DNA of 64,000 nucleotides, taken from positions 169,653-233,652 of the forward strand of contig JACPKF010000001.1 in NCBI GenBank assembly GCA_016187125.1. Direction: 5' to 3'. A program made the position numbers and the translations under genes. Shown one piece after another: positions 39,048-48,632 of this stretch; the stretch's first letter is position 1; each line of letters starts with the position of its first letter. Source of the stretch: Candidatus Saccharimonadota bacterium (lineage in GTDB: Bacteria > Patescibacteriota > Saccharimonadia > Saccharimonadales > UBA10212). Below the pieces are notes generated by a model. It was not told the origin of the DNA, ran no database searches, and worked only from the letters and a program-made list of their open reading frames with translations.

Positions 39048-40934
39048 TTACGTGCTACCCGTCGGAACTGGTAATTTATCTGATGGTTGCTCAATAAGCA
39101 TGTTTTCAAGAGGAGCGCCTGAAGGTACCATCGGGAAAACATTATCGCCTCGATTGACTATTGCATGAACCACGACCGGCCCATCGTTATGCTCCAAAGC
39201 CTTCTTTAATCTTCGCTTGAGATGCCCGCTAGACTTAATGCGGATACCTTTCAGGCCGTAGCTTTTCGCAAGCTTTACAAAATTAGGGTTGTCGCTCATG
39301 TCGACGCCAATTTCACGGTTGCCAAGGAACATTTCTTGCCATTGACGAACTAGACCCAAGCAGCCATTGTCCAGAATGATAATTTTGATAGGTAATTTAA
39401 GTCTACGGGCGGTGGCCAGCTCGCCAAATGTCATTTGGAAACCGCCGTCGCCAACTATCGCTATAACTAGGTCTTTTGGTGCCGCAATTTGAGCGCCGAT
39501 CGCTGCTGGGACACCGTACCCCATCGTACCGGCTCTGCCGGAGGATAACCAGGCGTTCGGCCGCTTGCTTTTATAGAACTGCATGGTCCACATCTGGGCC
39601 TGACCGACATCTGTAGCTACGGTAGCGTTGCCTTCGGTTAGATTAGACACTTCATCAATGACTTGCTGCATGGTCAATCCAGTATTAGTTTCGTAGCGTT
39701 GAGAGCCTTCAGCTCTTTTTAATTGTACTAACCTGAATAACTTTTCGGTGACATCTTGCATAAATTCTTTTATAGTTTGTCTTCCGCTAACTTCATAGCT
39801 TAGGGAATAGTCTTCCTTATATTTAGCCAGCCGGGCATTCCACTCAATGTGTTTAATTGGTTCGTCGCCTTCGTCCTGCTCCATTATCTTTAGTAAAGCC
39901 TTTAAAGCTACACGGGCATCAGCTACAACTCCTTCATTAGGTTGAATAATTTTTCCAATTTGTTTTTCGTCAATATCAATATGCGCTATAAAGGCATCTT
40001 TGCCGAAAGTTTCTGGGTGACTAACAATTCGGTCATCAGCGCTCGAGCCTACCATGAAAATAAAATCAGCTTCAATCAGAGCCTTATTTGCAGGAACTAG
40101 TCCGTGCATCCCTGGCGCGCCAAGATACAACGGATCGTCTTCTGGAATAGTGCCTTTAGCCAGCAAAGTAGGGGTAATAGGTGTATCTTCCTGCTTAGCT
40201 AGGGCTATTAACTCTTTTTCCGCCTTTGCAATACGCACACCACGACCGGCTAATATAACTGGGTCCTCGGCTGTCCGCCAAGCTTTGGCAATTCGCTCCA
40301 GCCCTCCTAGAGCAATATCATCTAATTCAATAGCCTCGCTTATTACCTCTGGCTCTGCTGGCGAAGACAGTACACCCGTGAATTCATTTGAGGCAATATC
40401 TTTTGGTATGTCAAGCCAAACCGGCCTCGGCCGGCCGGAGTTAGCAACCTGAAAAGCATTATTAACAGCTCGTGGTATATCGTTAGTGTCTTTGACCATT
40501 TCGCTATGCTTGGTAACCGGTCTAGACATTGTCTCGATATCAACTTCTTGGAAGGCATCTTTCCCTATCATGCGCCTGGGTACTTGACCAGAAATTATTA
40601 ACAGTGGCACATTATCCGCACTAGAATTCAATGCTCCGGTCAAAGCATTGGTGGCACCAGGACCACTCGTAACCAGCACAACCCCAGGTTTACCGCTGAT
40701 ACGCGCGTAACCGTCGGCCATTAGAGTCGCGCTGCGCTCATCGCGGGTCATAATAAATTGGATGCCTTCGCCTTCCGTCACAAAGGCATCGGAAATTGGT
40801 AGTTCGGCCCCGCCGGTATATCCAAAAACATACTCCACGCCATTAAGCTGAAGACTGCGTACTAAAGCTTCACCGCCTGTAAGAGATTCTTTAAAGAATT
40901 CTTGTTCAATTGGTTTTTTGTAGGTTTCTATCAT
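39048..40934 (-). CDS. ilvB: Acetolactate synthase large subunit
   Basis: TSGPGATN, DAFQE, GMHG, GTMGYG and GDGGFQM...DNG (ThDP motif). Confidence 0.94.
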   Translation of the reverse strand: MIETYKKPIEQEFFKESLTGGEALVRSLQLNGVEYVFGYTGGAELPISDAFVTEGEGIQFIMTRDERSATLMADGYARISGKPGVVLVTSGPGATNALTGALNSSADNVPLLIISGQVPRRMIGKDAFQEVDIETMSRPVTKHSEMVKDTNDIPRAVNNAFQVANSGRPRPVWLDIPKDIASNEFTGVLSSPAEPEVISEAIELDDIALGGLERIAKAWRTAEDPVILAGRGVRIAKAEKELIALAKQEDTPITPTLLAKGTIPEDDPLYLGAPGMHGLVPANKALIEADFIFMVGSSADDRIVSHPETFGKDAFIAHIDIDEKQIGKIIQPNEGVVADARVALKALLKIMEQDEGDEPIKHIEWNARLAKYKEDYSLSYEVSGRQTIKEFMQDVTEKLFRLVQLKRAEGSQRYETNTGLTMQQVIDEVSNLTEGNATVATDVGQAQMWTMQFYKSKRPNAWLSSGRAGTMGYGVPAAIGAQIAAPKDLVIAIVGDGGFQMTFGELATARRLKLPIKIIILDNGCLGLVRQWQEMFLGNREIGVDMSDNPNFVKLAKSYGLKGIRIKSSGHLKRRLKKALEHNDGPVVVHAIVNRGDNVFPMVPSGAPLENMLIEQPSDKLPVPTGST

Positions 40935-40965
40935 TTATAACTCATAGATATTAATGTTTGCATAT

Positions 40966-40990
40966 AAAAACTCCCACTTGGCGCGGGAGC
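40966..40990 (-). terminator. Attenuator terminator upstream of ilvB
   Basis: Minus strand CTCCCGC-GCCAA-GTGGGAG followed by TTTTTAT. Confidence 0.8.
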
Positions 40991-41025
40991 TATTTTTTCG
41001 TTTGTTATATGCAAAAAACTACCCG

Positions 41026-41073
41026 CTAGGCTGGGTTAATAATGATTACCTCACTAATTAGTTGGTTGCACAT
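41026..41073 (-). CDS. ilv leader peptide MCNQLISEVIIINPA
   Basis: Ile/Val/Leu-rich run just before the antiterminator/terminator; TTGACA-17bp-CACCAT promoter immediately upstream. Confidence 0.8.
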   Translation of the reverse strand: MCNQLISEVIIINPA

Positions 41074-41384
41074 GTGTAACATGGTGGCATATGGCCAAAA
41101 GCCTGTCAAGAAATTATTGGCCTGACTCTCAAAACCTGACTTAACTTATTAGACAATATTTTGTCCGTTTGCAAGAACCGTCCTTGCAAACACTTGCAAA
41201 CACCGTAAAACAGCTATTGGACCATGTACTTTGCAGAGGCTTTGAGAGTCAGATATTCTTGGCTTTCAAGGTCGGTAGAATTACGCGGCCGCGGAAACTG
41301 CTTGTTCGCCAAACTTACTTCCTTGCCATTCAGCGGAAGAGGGGTTCCAACCCCAATAGCTCCAGACGGTTTTCGTCAGATCAA

Positions 41385-42125
41385 CTATTGCGCGACAGCT
41401 GGGGCGTCTTTAGTGGGCGAAGGCAAACTGATAGTAACCGATCCGTATGTAACGGTCATTTCGGCGTTGGAGCCAGCCTTGCTGTCGTTAACGCTGACGC
41501 GTCGCAGCAGATAATTTTTTGTATCAAACCACAGATAGTCTGTCTCGGTAGGCTTTTGGGGGTCACTCTCTTGGTATTTGTAACAAGTCAGCTTGTCGCA
41601 CTTTTCGGTCCCAAGGTTTTTGTAAGTCAGTTGCTCGCCCTTGTCATTTTTAAAGTCTGATTTGAGGAACTCTTTTTTTAGATCCAAGGCCTGAGGCGCG
41701 TTTTTATCGGCAGACGCATATTTGAACCACTTACCGTCAGTGTAATCTTTAGAGTAAGTAATGCCGCTATAGACAATAACGTTGGCTTGCTCTTGGCTGT
41801 TTAACTTAAGGACCATTGAGATGTTATTTTTGCTGTCATAGGCCAAATCGTAACTAGCCGACTGACCAGTTTTATCGATGGCAGTGACAGCTGCTTTATA
41901 GTTGGTGACGCTAGCAAAGGCACCGGCAAATTTACAAAACTGTTTGTCGTTAACCGCAGCTGTGCATTTGTCTTGGGTAACTTTGCTAATGCCTGTTGAT
42001 GGCGTAGAGCTATTGCTTTGTACTTTCCAGCCAACTACCCCCACCACGGCTATAACTGCTGCCAGTAGTAATGCTAATTGGATGTGAGCTAAACCGTTCA
42101 TATTCTTTTGGAGATTTTTGATCAT
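41385..42125 (-). CDS. Exported protein with a pilin-like N-terminal anchor
   Basis: NG|LAHIQLALLLAAVIAVVGVVGWKV followed by a beta-rich soluble domain. Confidence 0.65.
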   Translation of the reverse strand: MIKNLQKNMNGLAHIQLALLLAAVIAVVGVVGWKVQSNSSTPSTGISKVTQDKCTAAVNDKQFCKFAGAFASVTNYKAAVTAIDKTGQSASYDLAYDSKNNISMVLKLNSQEQANVIVYSGITYSKDYTDGKWFKYASADKNAPQALDLKKEFLKSDFKNDKGEQLTYKNLGTEKCDKLTCYKYQESDPQKPTETDYLWFDTKNYLLRRVSVNDSKAGSNAEMTVTYGSVTISLPSPTKDAPAVAQ

Positions 42126-42264
42126 AATTGTTTCCCGCTTATGCTTAGTGATATTAAGTTCATAGTAGTGCTGTTAAATTTACTTGTCAATTAAGATAGC
42201 GGTTACTTGTATGGATTTAGTGCACCAGTGCCAAGGGCGTTATAATCACTTTTAGAGCTCAATC

Positions 42265-42345
42265 TGGCTGAGCATATGGGTCTAGCACCGACCCACTTTC
42301 CTAGACTTTTGCGACATGTAGTACTTCAAGTTATCGAGATCAAGG
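42265..42345. repeat. Dispersed repeat copy 1 (tRNA-3'-end-like on the minus strand)
   Basis: TGGCTGAGCATATGGGTCTAGCACCGACCCACTTTCCTAGACTTT; matches 46168 onward. Confidence 0.8.
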
Positions 42346-42406
42346 TTAAGGATTTTTTGCCGTTTTAGATTGTTCTTTCTAAATTTGTCATACTAGAGCA
42401 AGGCGG

Positions 42407-43711
42407 GTGGATGTTTTGAAGCGCGCCCCTATTTATCCTCGCACTCAACCAAGCAGAATGATGATGGTAAAAATGTTAAAGAAAATAGATTTATGGCCAA
42501 GGAGTATTGAAGGCTATCGCTCAATAATGGATGCTGGGCTCTTAAACGAGATCTATAGTTCGGCTGGTCAGCTTAAAGGTAAACGAGTATTACACATTAA
42601 CTCCACGCCTAACCGCGGCGGCGTGGCTGAGATATTAGCCAATTTAATACCGTTGCTTAAAGGTTTAGGTATTGATGCGGAGTGGTATTCACTGCACAAT
42701 GTCCCAAGTAACTTTTATAGGGTTACTAAAGCTATTCATAATGGCTTGCAGGGCCATCCCCGTCCCCTGCCCCAAAGTGATTGGAAAGTTTACGAAGATT
42801 TTAACCGTAAATTGGCCAAGCAGTTGGATCCTCAAAATTGGGACTTTATTTTCATACAAGACCACCAACTAACTGCGGCCCTGTCATTTTTACCCAGTAA
42901 GGGAAAGTCCAAGTGGCTTTGGCGATCCCACACTGATTCCATAAATACCAAGCCCGAGTATCAACAGCGCTTCTTAGAGTATTTGCAGCCCTACGACGGC
43001 GCAATATTCACCATGCGTGAATATGTGTTTAAAGATTCCCACCTTAAGCATCTCATGATTTCGCCGCCGGCAATTGAGGGCTTAAACCCAAAAAATCTGC
43101 CAATGAGCAAAATCGAAGCCCGGCGTATTATTGGTAAGTTTGGAATTGATACCAGCTGTCCGCTTATTACCCAGATATCCCGTTTTGACCCTTGGAAAGA
43201 CTTGCCTGGAGTAGTTGAAGCCTGGAAACTAGCTAAAGCTAAGGTGCCTAAGATCCAGTTAGCCATAGTTGGCAACTTTACGGTTGACGACTTGCAAGCT
43301 AAAATGATCCTCTCGCAGGTACGCAAAGCGGCAAGCGGGCTTCCGGACGTACATATTATTACCAACCAGGCTGGTCCTCGGGCGATTAAAGCCTTCCAGA
43401 CGGCCAGTGACATTATCTTGCAAAAATCTATACGCGAGGGCTTTGGACTAACAGTCTCAGAAGCCATGTGGTCAAAAACTCCTGTTATTGGCGGTAACGT
43501 TGGCGGGATTATCCTGCAAATTATTCATAACAAAAATGGCTACTTAGTTAACGACGTTGAAGATTGTGCTAAGCGTATTGTTGAATTAATCCAAGACCTG
43601 CGCAAGCGTCGCAATATGGGTAAGGCTGGGCAAAGGCACGTCCGCGAAAATTTTCTACTACCCCGTTTAGTCCGCGATGAGCTAAAGTTTATGCTGGAAG
43701 TTAGTTCTTAA
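42407..43711 (+). CDS. treT: TreT-like trehalose glycosyltransferase (GT4); start codon uncertain
   Basis: INST..GGVAEIL, QISRFDPWK and QKSIREGFGLTVSEAMW motifs. Confidence 0.85.
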   Translation: MDVLKRAPIYPRTQPSRMMMVKMLKKIDLWPRSIEGYRSIMDAGLLNEIYSSAGQLKGKRVLHINSTPNRGGVAEILANLIPLLKGLGIDAEWYSLHNVPSNFYRVTKAIHNGLQGHPRPLPQSDWKVYEDFNRKLAKQLDPQNWDFIFIQDHQLTAALSFLPSKGKSKWLWRSHTDSINTKPEYQQRFLEYLQPYDGAIFTMREYVFKDSHLKHLMISPPAIEGLNPKNLPMSKIEARRIIGKFGIDTSCPLITQISRFDPWKDLPGVVEAWKLAKAKVPKIQLAIVGNFTVDDLQAKMILSQVRKAASGLPDVHIITNQAGPRAIKAFQTASDIILQKSIREGFGLTVSEAMWSKTPVIGGNVGGIILQIIHNKNGYLVNDVEDCAKRIVELIQDLRKRRNMGKAGQRHVRENFLLPRLVRDELKFMLEVSS

Positions 43712-44508
43712 CCAGCCTTAGACAGATTAGCTAAACATTCTATAAAGCCACTCGGATCATTTATTCGGTATCTGGCGTCAGTTGAGTCTGGCCCTACTTT
43801 TATGCTAATTGCGTCCGGCGGCAAGACTTTGAACATTTCTTCATCGCTAGTACTGTCACCGGCGCACAGTATAAAATCGTATCTGTCTCGTTTCAACCAC
43901 TCATGCACCACCTGACCTTTATCGATTCCGGCCTGTTTCACTTCAACCACCATTTCCCTTTCGTCACGACGCACTTCCAAACTAAGAGACCCAATAACCG
44001 GCAGAAGATTCTCAGCCAATAGCTTAGCTTCGGTCTTAGCAAATTTTTGATCCGACGAAAGCCGATAATGAAAAACGATTGCCGTCTCTTTTTCTTCAAC
44101 CTGCGAGCCTGAAATAATTGATACTGCACTATTAAGGATTGGCTTTATGGCTTCTTTCCATTGGCCGTGGTTCTTGAATGCAGACTGCCAGCCCGTTTCA
44201 CTCTTATTAAACGCGCCGTGTTCGGCGACTAGTCCAAAAGGCAAGTGGCCAAGCCAATTCTCGAGCGTGGAGCGATCACGCCCGCTTATGACCACAACTG
44301 TATTTTTCGGGTCTTTACTCAATAAATCCAGGCAAGCTAGAACCCGAGGCGAAGGCTTGGCTTTATGCGGCATTAGGGCTAATGCTACCAGCGTGCCGTC
44401 ATAATCAAGCAACAATAGTCGCTTAGCCGCCTGTTGATAGGCTGCCGTGATCTCTAGGGGTTGCCGTTTTCGAGCTAGCACCAAAGGTTGACTCGATTGT
44501 TTAACCAT
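43708..44508 (-). CDS. otsB: Trehalose-6-phosphate phosphatase (HAD IIB)
   Basis: LLDYDGTL, ISGR, AEHG, DKG and GDSTSDE motifs. Confidence 0.9.
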   Translation of the reverse strand: MVKQSSQPLVLARKRQPLEITAAYQQAAKRLLLLDYDGTLVALALMPHKAKPSPRVLACLDLLSKDPKNTVVVISGRDRSTLENWLGHLPFGLVAEHGAFNKSETGWQSAFKNHGQWKEAIKPILNSAVSIISGSQVEEKETAIVFHYRLSSDQKFAKTEAKLLAENLLPVIGSLSLEVRRDEREMVVEVKQAGIDKGQVVHEWLKRDRYDFILCAGDSTSDEEMFKVLPPDAISIKVGPDSTDARYRINDPSGFIECLANLSKAG

Positions 44509-44555
44509 TACTCCTTACTACTATACTAGTATCTTGGAGCGCTGTAATCGTGTCT

Positions 44556-44584
44556 TGAGCATATGGGTCTTGAACCTCCCATAT
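44556..44584. repeat. Dispersed repeat copy 3 (partial)
   Basis: TGAGCATATGGGTCTTGAACC; the minus strand gives a T-loop-like GGTTCAAGACC. Confidence 0.6.
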
Positions 44585-44878
44585 ACAAAATCTCTAATAG
44601 AAACAGTCGGTTTATGTACGCACTCGTCCGGTTTAATATGTTACAAACGTATCGCCTTGGCAAATATAGGTATGAGTCTGAGGATCAAGCCTCACAGGTG
44701 ATTCAATGCTATCTTTTTTTAGTCAAGATAGTGCCGCTTACTGACCAGCTGGATTGAACCAGTTGCTCCGCGTTTGGTACGTACCAAAGTTCTTTTGGTT
44801 GATTATCACTTCCCATTGATCAGACTGCAGCATTACTTGGACGGGCAAAGAATCCAAAGCCAAGCTATAATATCGTTA

Positions 44879-46096
44879 ATGAATAAAGCCTTAGCTCAGC
44901 GAATTCAAAAGCTGATGATCCAAAACCGCCGGCAATCCAAAGAATTAACTTATACTCTACCATCCCCCGACTCTTATCCTTATCAATGGTTGTGGGATTC
45001 TTGCTTTCACGCTATTATCCTTAGTCATTTTGATATCCCTACAGCTAAGGCCGAGTTGCTCAGTCTGTCTCACCATCAATTTTCTAATGGTATGTTGCCG
45101 CACATGGTCTATTGGAAATCTACCAACGGTAACTCATTCCCGCAAATAAGATGGGGCCGCAGACGAACGAGTAGTATTACTCAGCCACCTATGCTAGCTT
45201 ACGCTGCCTGGCAAATACACTGCCTATCACCCGACCTCGAGTTTCTAAAGTCAATGCTGGGAACAATTGATCGTTTTCACCATTATTTGCTCAAGTACCG
45301 GGATCCTCGGCATCACCATTTAGTTGGTCTAATTCATCCAGACGAATCAGGAGAGGACAATTCGCCGCGTTTTGACAGCGCCTTGACTATGGTTGCCAGA
45401 CAGAATATTGATGAAAATTTCCAGCGCCGTAAAGTTTTAATTGAGCGCTTTCGTAACTACAATTTTGCTATAAAAAATCGCATGGACCGTCGGCACTGGG
45501 TGCGCGATGTTCCTTTCAATGCTATTTTAGTCCGTAATCTAGGGGCTCAAGCCAACATCGCCCAAGCCCTGGGCGACTATGATCAGGCTACATGGGCCCG
45601 GCATCAGGCCCAAGTCGTTAAAGCTGCCATGCGCGCTATTATGCTGGACAGCGATGGTGTTATGTATTCCACTATGGGGCGAAATTATCAGCCCATCAAG
45701 CTTAAAACTTGGGCTATCTTTTCGCCGCTTTTTGCCAAAGTTCTAACCAAGTCCGAGGCCGAAAATCTGGTCCATGATCATTTAGAAAATGAATCCGAAT
45801 TTGCCACGTCCTACTGCGTGCCAACAGTAGCTCTTAACGAATCATCATTTGACCCCGAGGGTTTTTGGCGCGGGCCTATATGGATGGCGATTAATTGGTT
45901 TATCGTCAAAGGTTTGCAGGAGTACGGCTTTGACGCCCAGGCTAAAAGAATTATCAATCAAAGTCTTCGACTATTAAGAAAATCAGGCTTTCGTGAGCAG
46001 TTTAACCCATTAACTGGGGAAGGCTACGGAGCCCACAACTTTACATGGGGTTGCATGGTGATGGACATGCTCGAACCAGTTGACATGCAAAAATAA
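44879..46096 (+). CDS. GH63/MGH1-like glycoside hydrolase (trehalase-like)
   Basis: YPYQWLWDS, ESGEDNSPRFD, WRGPIW and FREQFNP motifs; ATG 7 nt after TATAAT. Confidence 0.85.
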   Translation: MNKALAQRIQKLMIQNRRQSKELTYTLPSPDSYPYQWLWDSCFHAIILSHFDIPTAKAELLSLSHHQFSNGMLPHMVYWKSTNGNSFPQIRWGRRRTSSITQPPMLAYAAWQIHCLSPDLEFLKSMLGTIDRFHHYLLKYRDPRHHHLVGLIHPDESGEDNSPRFDSALTMVARQNIDENFQRRKVLIERFRNYNFAIKNRMDRRHWVRDVPFNAILVRNLGAQANIAQALGDYDQATWARHQAQVVKAAMRAIMLDSDGVMYSTMGRNYQPIKLKTWAIFSPLFAKVLTKSEAENLVHDHLENESEFATSYCVPTVALNESSFDPEGFWRGPIWMAINWFIVKGLQEYGFDAQAKRIINQSLRLLRKSGFREQFNPLTGEGYGAHNFTWGCMVMDMLEPVDMQK

Positions 46097-46167
46097 TTTG
46101 GCCGGCCAAAATAGCCTTAATAACTTCAAGCAGATTTAATTACTTACGGTCACTTTAATCCAATACA

Positions 46168-46253
46168 TGGCTGAGCAGCTGGGTCTAGTACCAGACCGAC
46201 TTTCCTAGACTTTCGGGGCACACATGGTGTCTCAAATCATTGAGCATTGGGGT
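46168..46253. repeat. Dispersed repeat copy 2
   Basis: TGGCTGAGCAGCTGGGTCTAGTACCAGACCGACTTTCCTAGACTTT. Confidence 0.8.
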
Positions 46254-46859
46254 CTAGCCCTTCTTCTGGATTAAACCTTGTACGACTCCGCTAACCAGCC
46301 CTCCTGCAATCGCAGCAATCGTAGGATTCTTTGAAGCTTCTCTCAAGTTGCGTAGCAAACTTTTCTTTTCTTTACTTTCTGGAAGCTTTTCTGCTTCTTC
46401 AACGAGCGCTGTAATAAATTCACTTATCTTTATATGGCTTAATGGGCTGTTGTCTCCAAGCGTTGCATTACCGTAGACGGTTATATTAGCCTTATGGAAA
46501 CGTTCTTGGACCGCCTCCCTAGCTTCTTTCATTTCCTCACTTGATCCATTAGTAACCTCATCCAAGCTGCTGAAGTCATACCTTTGCCATTCCGCAACCT
46601 TTTGCCTGACAAAATTGTCGATTTCGTAAGCTGCGCTTTTTCTTTTTTCGCGCGATTCATCAGGGGTAATAGTTTTACGAAGCCGGCTAAATTCCTGAAA
46701 ATCCCCTTCGTCTAAATTTTTAAGAACTGCCGCCGTATTGGCTAACCAGTCTTTTGTTGTTCTATGTCTGGGGTAAGTGTATAAAAGGTCAACATTTAGA
46801 TCTTTTTGAAAACTTGCCAGCTCTTCGACAAATTTAAGTTTTCGTTCAGATAGCTTCAT
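46254..46859 (-). CDS. Hypothetical protein directly downstream of tRNA-Gln
   Basis: 201-aa ORF with a GAAGGAG SD; mostly helical with a hydrophobic C-terminal segment. Confidence 0.7.
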   Translation of the reverse strand: MKLSERKLKFVEELASFQKDLNVDLLYTYPRHRTTKDWLANTAAVLKNLDEGDFQEFSRLRKTITPDESREKRKSAAYEIDNFVRQKVAEWQRYDFSSLDEVTNGSSEEMKEAREAVQERFHKANITVYGNATLGDNSPLSHIKISEFITALVEEAEKLPESKEKKSLLRNLREASKNPTIAAIAGGLVSGVVQGLIQKKG

Positions 46860-46906
46860 TTTACTCCTTCTAATTTAGAGAGTGAGGTCTCCTTTGGTGC
46901 ACTACT

Positions 46907-46980
46907 TGGCTGGGGAGGAGGGATTCGAACCCCCGATCCTGGGACCAGAACCCAGTGCCTTACCACTTGGCCACTCCCCA
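46907..46980 (-). tRNA. tRNA-Gln(CTG)
   Basis: Cloverleaf TGGGGAG...CTGGG-TT-CTG-GT-CCCAG...GGTTCGAATCC...CTCCCCAGCCA with encoded CCA. Confidence 0.97.
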
Positions 46981-47257
46981 TTAGCGTCCTATTTACCCCA
47001 TAGGCAGCTTCACTGTCCTTTGGGGCCTTTAGACGATCCCGGAATACGTATTTATTTTCCCATATACAATCTGCCAGGCCAAGACGCTGTTTGCTTGGCA
47101 GATTGAGAGAAGTAGTTGACTATGAAGTGAAATCTAGAGTTATGAACTATGGTTATTAATTTTATGATGAGCTAAAAGGTCGTATTTCGATGAGGCCATT
47201 TCTTAGTAACTTCCTCAAGTTATATCTTATCGATCAAAACTACTATAATAAAGTCTA

Positions 47258-47758
47258 GTGAAACAAATTAAACGAGAATACCTGCGCAGTACGCTTTTTG
47301 GCGTAGAAGACAGCCTGGTCTCGACAACCGGTTTGATAGCTGGCCTAAGCGTCGGGGCCAACAGTAATCGCATTGTTATTCTTGGTGGGGTTGTAGCGAT
47401 TGTCATCGAAGCTGTATCTATGGGTGCCGGCGAATATTTAAGTGACGACGCCGTAAAAGAATTGGACAAAATAGATCGTAACCCCGAGAGCGCTTCCGTT
47501 AGCGGCCTGTTGATGTTCTCGTCATACTTACTGGCAGGCTTAATTCCTCTTACACCAATACTGATTCTGGATTATCCTACCTCTCTAATCACCAGCGTAT
47601 TAGCTGCTCTTGCTGCTCTATTCTTATTGGGGTACGTTAAAGGTCGTATTCTTCGAGTTAGTGCTTTCAAAGGCGGCCTGAAAATTTTGATTATCGGGGG
47701 GTTGGCTACAGCTTTGGGTATTATTGTAGGTTTCCTATTTAAAATACAAAATCTATAG
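47258..47758 (+). CDS. Short VIT1/CCC1 family protein
   Basis: LRSTLFGVEDSLVS and SMGAGEYLS motifs. Confidence 0.88.
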   Translation: MKQIKREYLRSTLFGVEDSLVSTTGLIAGLSVGANSNRIVILGGVVAIVIEAVSMGAGEYLSDDAVKELDKIDRNPESASVSGLLMFSSYLLAGLIPLTPILILDYPTSLITSVLAALAALFLLGYVKGRILRVSAFKGGLKILIIGGLATALGIIVGFLFKIQNL

Positions 47759-47759
47759 T

Positions 47760-48008
47760 ATGGAAAAGACTTATAGAACCCTGCGCAAGATAATTATTGC
47801 CTTTCTGGGTCTGCCCGTACTTATTATTGGCCTGATATTAATTCCCTTGCCCGGTCCCGGAGTTCTTGTTACAGCCGGTGGACTTTTTATTCTATCGCTA
47901 GAGTTCAAGTGGGCAGACCGCCACTTACAAAGATTTAAAAAAATAATAAATCAACTTATCGATAAATCTATGAAAAAAGTCCGTGAAAAACAAAAGAGTC
48001 TAAAGTAA
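47760..48008 (+). CDS. PGPGW-like small membrane protein
   Basis: LIPLPGPG...LSLEFKWA. Confidence 0.85.
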   Translation: MEKTYRTLRKIIIAFLGLPVLIIGLILIPLPGPGVLVTAGGLFILSLEFKWADRHLQRFKKIINQLIDKSMKKVREKQKSLK

Positions 48009-48016
48009 GATCTAGA

Positions 48017-48601
48017 CTAACTTAAGCGCTCGCTAACAACGTTCCAGTTCACAATCTGCCACCAAGCTTCGACATAATCGGGACGGCGGTTTTGGTATTT
48101 CAAATAGTAAGCATGCTCCCATACATCAAGTCCTAGGATCGGAGTTTTGCCTTCCATCAACGGACTGTCTTGATTAGCGGTAGAATATACTTCTAGATTA
48201 TTCCTACTTTTGACTAGCCAAGCCCATCCGGAGCCAAACCGGCCAATTGCAGCTTCTGTCATCTTGTCCTTAAAGTCATCTAAATTGCCGAAGGTTTTAT
48301 GAATGGCCTCGGGCACATTCTGCCCTCCGCCTGGTTTCATACTCTCCCAGAACAGGGTGTGGTTGTGATGACCGCCGCCGTTATTTTGGACAGCTGTGCG
48401 GATATCTTCCGGCACGTCTTTGATCCCGCTCAGAAGCTGCTCGATTGTTTTAGACTGCAGTTTAGGATATTTTGCTAACGCCGCATTGAGTTTTTCAACG
48501 TATGCCCCATGATGCTTATCATGATGGATTTCCATAGTCTTAGCATCTATGTGTGGCTCCAGCGCATCAAACTCATATCCTAATTGTGGCAAAGTGAACA
48601 T
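48017..48601 (-). CDS. sodA: Fe/Mn superoxide dismutase
   Basis: [20 protein letters not shown] and DVWEHAYY motifs. Confidence 0.96.
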   Translation of the reverse strand: MFTLPQLGYEFDALEPHIDAKTMEIHHDKHHGAYVEKLNAALAKYPKLQSKTIEQLLSGIKDVPEDIRTAVQNNGGGHHNHTLFWESMKPGGGQNVPEAIHKTFGNLDDFKDKMTEAAIGRFGSGWAWLVKSRNNLEVYSTANQDSPLMEGKTPILGLDVWEHAYYLKYQNRRPDYVEAWWQIVNWNVVSERLS

Positions 48602-48632
48602 GGTCGCCTCCTTTTAATACCATTATACTCCC

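Noticed and set aside
42265-42345. Known riboswitch (TPP, c-di-AMP) upstream of treT
   Set aside because: Only a CTGAG word matches; the other conserved segments are absent.
46882-47106. ORF MRSPLVHYLAGEEGFEPP...
   Set aside because: It is the antisense reading of tRNA-Gln.
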